A stretch of DNA of 64,000 nt from an uncultured Pseudomonadota bacterium (GTDB taxonomy: Bacteria > Babelota > Babeliae > Babelales > JAUPTZ01). This document shows, in pieces, positions 53,854 to 61,600 of the stretch. The stretch is taken from contig CAYSBJ010000002.1 in assembly GCA_964429275.1 (NCBI GenBank), positions 282,459-346,458 of the forward strand, written 5' to 3'. The position numbers and the translations under genes are program-made. The notes beneath the pieces were generated by a model that was given only the letters and a program-made list of their open reading frames with translations, was not told where the DNA came from and ran no database searches. Numbering within the stretch: the first letter of the stretch is position 1; each line of letters starts with the position of its first letter.

Positions 53854-55248
53854 TTGACTTTTTTTCCATACAACTCCATATACTTTTCAACACGTAATAA
53901 ACCGGCAATGACGACGCGCATTGTCTTTAAACACCCTGGTACTAGGACGGATGAAAATAATATGGTGACTCCTCATATGCGTTTCTCGTGGGAACATTCG
54001 TCAAGCTGCTTCATTTATGGCGATGTCACCGTTGATCGAGCAATTGTACAACCAATGACCACCCAAATGGCACAGCTTTACCAACACTACGCTGCATTGC
54101 CAGGTTATGAAAAAAAACATCTCCCCATCGAATATGCAAAAGCGTATTTTGCTGCGGAGATCAAGCAAGACACACAAGAATTTTTATACAAACATTTTGT
54201 ACTCCAATTTTTGCTCGACGAAATTACACGAAATCATCTAGTGACTGCTAATTGGCCACGCCTCTCAGAAGTAAAATCTATTGATGAGGGCCTTACGTAT
54301 CGCTTTATTCTTACTATTGCACCAAACCTAGCGCTCAAAGAATGGAAACATTTTGTCTTTAAACAACCTGAACGTAAAAACTATAAAGATTTGGATAACC
54401 AGGTTATTAATTTCATCAAACAAGCTACCGACACCGCTCGATCGCACGATAAACACACTACGGCAGCGGGGGACTGGGTTTCTTTTTCAGCACAGCTCCT
54501 CAATCCAAATACCGAAGAAGCGCTTTTTGAACAACAGCATCGCTACTGGATTCGCATCTCAGGCGACATCATCATAAGCAAATTACAGCAAAGTTTTGTA
54601 GAGAAAAAAGTAGGCGATGCCTTTATCGTTAACGCACTTCCATTTATTGATGCACCACAAAGCAGCATCGAAGAACCATGCCATTACAAAATAACCATTG
54701 AATCAATTACCAAAGGCGGGCACATGTCGCTTGAATTTTTCAAACAAACGTTCAAGCTAAAAACCCGCGCAGACGTCCACAAGAAGTTAATAGAGGTATT
54801 CTCATATCGTAATGATATCTCGCAGCGCCGCTCAACAATAGAAGAATTATTTCACCTGCTCTTCACGAAACATCGTTTTGAAATGCCAAAGCATATCATC
54901 ACACGAAAAAAGGAAAATCTCCTCAATATTATCAAGCGACAAAGTGACTATAACATTTATAAGAACAACAAGAACTTTGACACCCACCTCACTCTCCTTG
55001 CTGAAAAGATGCTCAAAGAAGAACTCATCATAGACCACATCGCCTACGCTGAAGAAATTAAAGTAAGCTGCGCCGATATCGCGCACTACCTCCATCTTTT
55101 TAATAACGAGCGGCTCAAAGAATTCATCTACTTTAAGCCATTAATCGATAGCGTTGAAGATTCAAATACACCAATTCACGAAGCAATTCTGGCACAAGCC
55201 GTTGCTCGTGAGAAAACACTCAATTACATACTATATACTCTCTCGTAA
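53854..55248 (+). CDS. trigger-factor-like protein, divergent paralogue 2 (464 aa or shorter)
   Basis: Clear paralogue of 52498..53814. Compare EVFSYRNDISQRRSTIEELFHLLF with EIFSYRNDVSLRKAIIEELFYALF, and LTLLAEKMLKEE with ITLLAETKLKEE. Signature position reads LPGYEKKHLP. Start uncertain: TTG 53854, ATG 53905 or ATG 53959. Confidence 0.6.
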   Translation: MTFFPYNSIYFSTRNKPAMTTRIVFKHPGTRTDENNMVTPHMRFSWEHSSSCFIYGDVTVDRAIVQPMTTQMAQLYQHYAALPGYEKKHLPIEYAKAYFAAEIKQDTQEFLYKHFVLQFLLDEITRNHLVTANWPRLSEVKSIDEGLTYRFILTIAPNLALKEWKHFVFKQPERKNYKDLDNQVINFIKQATDTARSHDKHTTAAGDWVSFSAQLLNPNTEEALFEQQHRYWIRISGDIIISKLQQSFVEKKVGDAFIVNALPFIDAPQSSIEEPCHYKITIESITKGGHMSLEFFKQTFKLKTRADVHKKLIEVFSYRNDISQRRSTIEELFHLLFTKHRFEMPKHIITRKKENLLNIIKRQSDYNIYKNNKNFDTHLTLLAEKMLKEELIIDHIAYAEEIKVSCADIAHYLHLFNNERLKEFIYFKPLIDSVEDSNTPIHEAILAQAVAREKTLNYILYTLS

Positions 55249-55256
55249 GGTTACTT

Positions 55257-55274
55257 TGCGCAATGTATTGCGCA
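55257..55274. promoter_or_regulatory. perfect 8-2-8 inverted repeat TGCGCAAT-GT-ATTGCGCA upstream of the giant-protein genes
   Basis: Read directly from the sequence. It lies 9 nt after the stop of the second TF-like gene and 64 nt before the ATG at 55338. No T-run follows, so it looks more like an operator than a terminator. Confidence 0.3.
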
Positions 55275-55337
55275 TGAAGCAATACTCCTGCCACACTGCG
55301 GCCGATTGAAAGCAATTTTTAACCATGTCGCAGTGAG

Positions 55338-58300
55338 ATGATGTACATAGTAGTAGTATTACTTGGATTACTTGCCTGGAACGCGCCGCTCATCGCCAAA
55401 CAACGCGATCCTGTCGTATTAGCAGCACAGGAAAACTCGCTCCCCGCTAACTCTGTCAAAGCGGATCATCAGCCGGAACATCAAAATTCCGTTCCGGCTA
55501 CCGCTGCGCCAAAGCCATCTCAAACAGAAAATGACGATACTGACATCACCACACTTCTGGATGATAATGACTCTACAGCATCAAATGATGATGATAACAA
55601 TGATGAACTAAAAAGTTTACTTGGCGATACTTCTGCCACCGGTGAAGATTTTGATGACTTGAAAAATCTTCTCGACGACACTCCATCAGATGCTAACAAT
55701 GGTAGCGAGAAAGAGGATGTAAGCGCTGACGATACTGATTATAGTGACAGTAGCGAGGAAGAGGATGAAGATGATAATCCTGGCCCGGGTACTTTCAGTG
55801 CTATTGATGGTGCCGATGTTAATCTTCCCATAATTGGCGGCTTTTCCTTCAATCCCTCACCAGAAGCTATTGCTGACAAGACTGTTTCCCCTGCTGGACA
55901 GACACGCAAAGATGCAATTGATAAGGCAGACAAAAAAAGCTTCAACGTTGGGCTCATTTCCTTCACTAAAGTAACTGGGCACGTAGATAAAAACGGCCGC
56001 CTTGCAATGGAAGGTACTTGTACTCTCAATAACCAAGAAGGCAGTATCTCCGTCATCAAATTTGATGAGAAAACAACGGAACTCCACCTCAAGCTAAGCT
56101 ATTCAAAACCATTTACTTTCGACATTTTGCCGAACACTTCAGTTTCTATTTCGGAGTTTAAACTTGAGCTCACTAACAACGGGCCAACACTCACCGCGAA
56201 TTCTTCTGTCTTTACTCCAAACAATAAAAAAGGGACTCTTCTTACCTTTGGTACAGAAGTCACCGGCAATAGCGGTGCTACAGGCACTATCAAGAATGAA
56301 GTTCCACTTACCACTCTTGTCCCTCAAGCAAAAGGGAACAAAGATGCAGAAACAATCACACTCTCCAACGTCACTATTTCCTTCCTTAACCCACTGGCGC
56401 TTCAACAACAGCTCATGGAATCTGGCGGCATGCCATCCACCACTATTACAGCCAGTGCGGTGCTCTCTCGCATAAAACTTTTTGGTAAAGCACATCTAAG
56501 TGATTCCGATGTTACCATAACAATCAGCGGCCCAAGCATCAGTCTTGACAGCCAAGGAACATCACCTATTCAATTAGACACCAACGTTGCACTAAATAAC
56601 CCAAACATACAGATGAACCTTTCGCAAGGAATGCCGCCTGAAGTCGGTATCGGCGGCACGCTGGCCTGCGATCTTCCGGTAGTCGGAACTATTAATACCC
56701 CGGTGCATGGAAGAAAAGGCATGGGTGAATTCGAATTAACCGGCGCTCTTAATAACAGCTTTGGATGGGGGCCAGTAAAATTTGAAAACCCAAACATAAA
56801 TCTTTCTTCTGCCCCAATGATGGGGATGGGACAGCTGGACCAGGACACAACAGACCACAATTTACTTAACATTTGGCTGAGTTGTCACTTTAAAATGTTT
56901 GGCCTCGATATTATGCCGATTTTACGCTTCTTAAAACCAAGCGGCGGCAATCCAATGGGAGGAGCAATTCCAACTAAATCCGGCAGGATAGTTAGTTTTT
57001 CCGGACAGATCAACGGTGGAAAACCAATTAAACCCCTCTCATACATTCCCGGCCTTAACGAAATCCCTGGGATAAAAGACTTCTTGCTAGAGCAAGCAGA
57101 ACTGGGCGGCGACTCAGCAGCAAAAATGTTCATCGGCGGCACAACAACGCTCTTCGGAATTGCCACAAAAGCGAAAATTTTAATGGGGAGTGCCAAAAGC
57201 ATTCTCGCATCAAGCACAAAAGCGTGGAAAATATCGCACTCAATCCCATCGCTAAAAGGGAGTGTTTTAGACTCTCTCGAATTTGAAACCATTACTTTTG
57301 GCTACACTAAAGCACAGTATTTAGATGCAGAATCTGGCATGATTATGCAGCCAGGTCTAAATATTTTTGGATCAGTAGATACATCTCAAGGGATATTTAA
57401 AGATTTACGGAAGTTCCTTAAAATAATCCCAAAGAAACTCATTGGCGGGGTAACGCTGCACCCAAATCCTCAGCACTGCAAAATACAAGTCGCCATACCA
57501 CTCGACGTAAAAATTTCGAGCCGTGTAAGCCTACACAACATCATGTTCGAAATAAATGGCTCACCAGGCATTGCGCTCATGCTCTCACTAGCCTTCATAA
57601 CAAATAAGAACGAACCACCACTTATTTTTACTGCGCGGGTTGAGTTTAACCCTGGTTTCTTTATAGTCTCAGGCAGTCTCCAGGGAGTATGGAAAAAACC
57701 TTTCGGCATTCCAGGACTTATCCTCAGCGACATGGCCGTAGAACTCTCACTTCCCTATAACTTAATCCCACCGGTAGGTTTTGGCGTGACAGGAGCTATC
57801 CAGATTGGAAGCTTCATAGCACGAGCAGCCGTCAAAATCGGTCCAAAAGATATGTTACTTCTCGCCGAAATAAGCAAGTGGCCGCTCTTCTGCTTGCCTG
57901 ACCTAATGAACATGGTCGGCCTTAAAATTCCAGGCCTAGAATTCATCAATGCAATCGACATCTGCTTACGCGATGTCAAATTTAAATTTGCGCCGAATGG
58001 TGGTCAAATTGGTATGATTTATTTCGACCCTGGCATCAGCGCCTCCGCAAAACTTATTTTAAACATTCCATACATCATAAAAACAAAACTTGAAGCTGCC
58101 TTCAATTTGGACTGGATCGGTGGCTTCAAGATGTACGCAAAAATGTCCGGATTCAACCTCGGCCCCTTAAAAATTACGGGAAAAGGCGAGGATAAAAAAT
58201 TCAATACCAGCGATGACGGAGCTATATTTTGGGCCGAGCTCTCTCTCTCTCACCAAAAAATATACATCTCCGCACTTGTGGAACTTTTTGGTTCATCAGC

Positions 58301-58622
58301 AGAACTTGAAATTGATGTTGGCCTCTTGCATATACGCTTTAAAATGATGATGAAACTTCTTGGATTTCTTAATACACACATTGTCGGAGAAACGTATCAT
58401 AAAGGCTGGCGAGTAGGCTTTCGCGTCATGGGTACCGCAAAAATTGGAAATAAGGCAGAGGCAACTATTTTTGGCGACATCAATACACTAGGATGCTCTT
58501 TTGCAGGAAAATATGATGCGCTAACCCTCCATGATATCGCCGATCTTTGCCATATACCAAGCGATATCATTCCTCAATTCGGAATGACCGACATAGAATT
58601 TTACGTTCGAGCACAAGGATAG
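55338..58622 (+). CDS. giant secreted protein 1 (1094 aa): signal peptide, acidic disordered region, beta-rich body
   Basis: Signal-peptide-like MMYIVVVLLGLLAWNAPLIA. Acidic tract at about 55521-55790. The C-terminal module (about 58098-58400) is homologous to a module in the next gene. Confidence 0.8.
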   Translation: MMYIVVVLLGLLAWNAPLIAKQRDPVVLAAQENSLPANSVKADHQPEHQNSVPATAAPKPSQTENDDTDITTLLDDNDSTASNDDDNNDELKSLLGDTSATGEDFDDLKNLLDDTPSDANNGSEKEDVSADDTDYSDSSEEEDEDDNPGPGTFSAIDGADVNLPIIGGFSFNPSPEAIADKTVSPAGQTRKDAIDKADKKSFNVGLISFTKVTGHVDKNGRLAMEGTCTLNNQEGSISVIKFDEKTTELHLKLSYSKPFTFDILPNTSVSISEFKLELTNNGPTLTANSSVFTPNNKKGTLLTFGTEVTGNSGATGTIKNEVPLTTLVPQAKGNKDAETITLSNVTISFLNPLALQQQLMESGGMPSTTITASAVLSRIKLFGKAHLSDSDVTITISGPSISLDSQGTSPIQLDTNVALNNPNIQMNLSQGMPPEVGIGGTLACDLPVVGTINTPVHGRKGMGEFELTGALNNSFGWGPVKFENPNINLSSAPMMGMGQLDQDTTDHNLLNIWLSCHFKMFGLDIMPILRFLKPSGGNPMGGAIPTKSGRIVSFSGQINGGKPIKPLSYIPGLNEIPGIKDFLLEQAELGGDSAAKMFIGGTTTLFGIATKAKILMGSAKSILASSTKAWKISHSIPSLKGSVLDSLEFETITFGYTKAQYLDAESGMIMQPGLNIFGSVDTSQGIFKDLRKFLKIIPKKLIGGVTLHPNPQHCKIQVAIPLDVKISSRVSLHNIMFEINGSPGIALMLSLAFITNKNEPPLIFTARVEFNPGFFIVSGSLQGVWKKPFGIPGLILSDMAVELSLPYNLIPPVGFGVTGAIQIGSFIARAAVKIGPKDMLLLAEISKWPLFCLPDLMNMVGLKIPGLEFINAIDICLRDVKFKFAPNGGQIGMIYFDPGISASAKLILNIPYIIKTKLEAAFNLDWIGGFKMYAKMSGFNLGPLKITGKGEDKKFNTSDDGAIFWAELSLSHQKIYISALVELFGSSAELEIDVGLLHIRFKMMMKLLGFLNTHIVGETYHKGWRVGFRVMGTAKIGNKAEATIFGDINTLGCSFAGKYDALTLHDIADLCHIPSDIIPQFGMTDIEFYVRAQG

Positions 58623-58626
58623 CCAC

Positions 58627-61600
58627 ATGTACATAATAACTGGGTACTTTGCATGCCTTCTGGCCTCACTCATTATCAACCCCCTCGTCGCGGCCACAAA
58701 CATATCATCAATAACAAGTACTGTGCGCCCAGAAGGATCTGTTCCAAAGGCTGCGCCCCTTCCACCCACAGACCCAACTCCAATTACTATAATTACCGCA
58801 AATGCCCCAACTGATACGACACCACCGCCACAAAAAGCTCCGATTCCAGCAACGGACGTAGATGCTATCGACCCAGATCAGGATGACAGCACGCCACCAG
58901 CTGGAGAAACAGCAGACATGGTAGTTGCTGACGATACAAAGTCTGAGGAAAAATCGGTCTCACTTCTCGCAACTGCAAGCGCCGATAACGCCGCCGGCCT
59001 GGACGTTGTTGATCCTAATGATGCCATTGTTGCTGCTACGCCATTAGCAATTCCCGCACCAGACACAAGCACAGCTTTTATAACACCTGAAGCAAGCGCC
59101 GCTGCTATTGCTGCTGGAAAAAAAAATAAAGCCGCCATTATTGCCGCAGAAGAAAAAAAAGAAGCAGATAAAACAACCAGCGTAAGCAAGGCAAATGACC
59201 TTTTTGCCTACAACTTAACAGGAATGAAAGAAGCTGGTGTTGATATTTCAAAAAATGGCTTTGGCATGACTGCACGCTTCGACCTTGGATGGGGAGCGTA
59301 CATGCGTGCAACCTTCGCAGTAAATACCGACGGACTTCTCCTGCAGGCGTACATAAAGGAAATCAATCTTGCAAACATATTAAAAGTGACCGGCACTGGC
59401 CCTGACGGTAAATATGGCACTCCGGACGACGGAGTGTTAGTAGAAATACGCCTGGACAAAAAAATACAACGCGTTGCCCTCAGCGGATTAATTGATCTTT
59501 TTGGCGCAATGAGTGAAACCGAAATTATTATTGCTTCTGACAAAATAAAATTCATGGCGTACACCAATCTCTTTGGTATGTTTTCTACTACCCTCCTCGC
59601 TCAATTCACTTTTTCAGATTTTGAATTTTTTATAGAAGGGGCTGTAGAAACAAGACTTATTGCAGAAATAGAAAAAAGAGCAAAAGAAGCTATTACCAAA
59701 GTAGGCGACGCAGTCGTAGCAGTATCAAAAAAAGCTGCACAATCAGTGCAAAAAGCACGAAAAAACCTTGAATATCTCAAAAAAGTCGTAAGGGCTGCCA
59801 ATGCCAAGCTACGTAAAGCACAAGCAACCTATTTCTCAAAATTAAACGCCCCACAAAAAGATATAAATGACGCCGTAAAAGCAGTTGAGGCTGCAGATAG
59901 AGAGGTTGGCAGCCAAGTAGGAAAAATACTAGAAGCACGTAGAAAAATGCTCGCCGGAAGAAAAGCAATTGCTGGGGCTATAACCAAAGTTAACTCGTTA
60001 AATGGGCAAGTAAGCCGCGCCATCAAAAAATTAAAGAGTATCGCTCGTGGTATGAAATGGTATGAATTCTGGAAAGTCGCCGAGCTGGCTTATTGGAGTG
60101 CCGCAGTAGCAGCGCTTGAAACAGCACGGGGTATCGCTATTGGCGCCCTGGAAATCGCAAAGGCCTCTATCACCCCGCTGGCTGGACTCCTTACCGCAAC
60201 ATATGCAGTATCATATGCTGCAAGCAAAGCTGCACTTGAAATAGCCTACCTTAACTTAGAGGCAGCACTCATCGCCGCAAACCCATTAACCATGAAAGAA
60301 TTAGGCGAAGTATTAGCCGCCAGCCTAGAAATTAGCGGCGCCTCCATGGCATACTACGCTGCCCAAGGGGTATTGATTACAACCTGGGCAGCCTTTAAAG
60401 GAATAGAAGAAGTTACCAAAGGAATAACAATTGCCATGAGAGAGGTCGTTTCCGCGGCTTTTGAAATATTTAGAATTGATGGCGCAGCATTTAAAGCCTC
60501 CGTTAAAAACGTAGTGCAAGGATCACTTGATCTCTATCTCCTCGTCTACATTTTCACGGTAAAGAAAAACCTCAAGCTTACCCTTGATATGAGCAAGCCA
60601 GATAAAACATTTGCAAGTATTGGCAACATGATCGCTGATATTTTTAACCCATTATCACATGGCTCAAGTGATGACATTTTTGCTAAAGTCCAACAAGACC
60701 GTAAAAACTTCATGGCTGGCATCACCGCAGCAGGGCCTAGTCTACAAGACCGAATCCAGCAAAATCGCGCAAGTTTCGCTGGTGACCTCACAAGCTTGGA
60801 TGAAAAAAGCAAAGCTGCAGCAATCGAACAAGAAAAAGTCAAAAAACAACAAGAAGCCCGCGAAGCCGCCTTAAAAAAGATACAAGATGATAACGCACAA
60901 CGTCTTGCTACTATGCGCCAAAAATACCCATTTACTGAATCTGACATCAAAAATATGGGCTCACTTGATTTCCTTTCCTCTACAGAATCTGCAACCATCG
61001 TTGACGAAAAAAATCCAGTTTCCTGCTCCACAGCACGCATGCAAGGGCTATTCCGATGGTTTGAAGCATGGAAGCTCCCAACACCTAATAGCGGTTGCGT
61101 ATTATTCGACGTAAGCGGCGATCGTGATATTTACATTGGCTTCCATCATGAAATAGATGAAAAAAAGCAAAAACGAAACAAAGACTTCGATATTGTACTC
61201 GGCGCAAAAGAAAATACCGTAAATATTATCCGCGACGCAGAAAGCAGTGTCATTTTTTCTTGTGGTGACCCTGACTCATTAATTATTACCACAAAAGAAG
61301 GAGGATTTCAGCGCTACTGGATCAGCTTTGATAACGGGTATCTTGCAATTGGGCGCGGCGGAAATCCTGGCAAAGAAATGCTTTTTGATTGGCAATTCTC
61401 TGATCTGTCAGACCCTATTAAGTATTTCTCGCTCTCTTCAGGAAGTAACGAGCTTTCATTTGTAAACATCCACACTGCACCTGCATTTAAAGGCACCTTT
61501 GGCTCCCAATACTCTACGTTTGGCGCCTATAATCAATTTAACTGGCCGCTTAAGCTTAGCGCCGAAAACAACAGCACAATAACATTCAAAGCAAAAGCTG

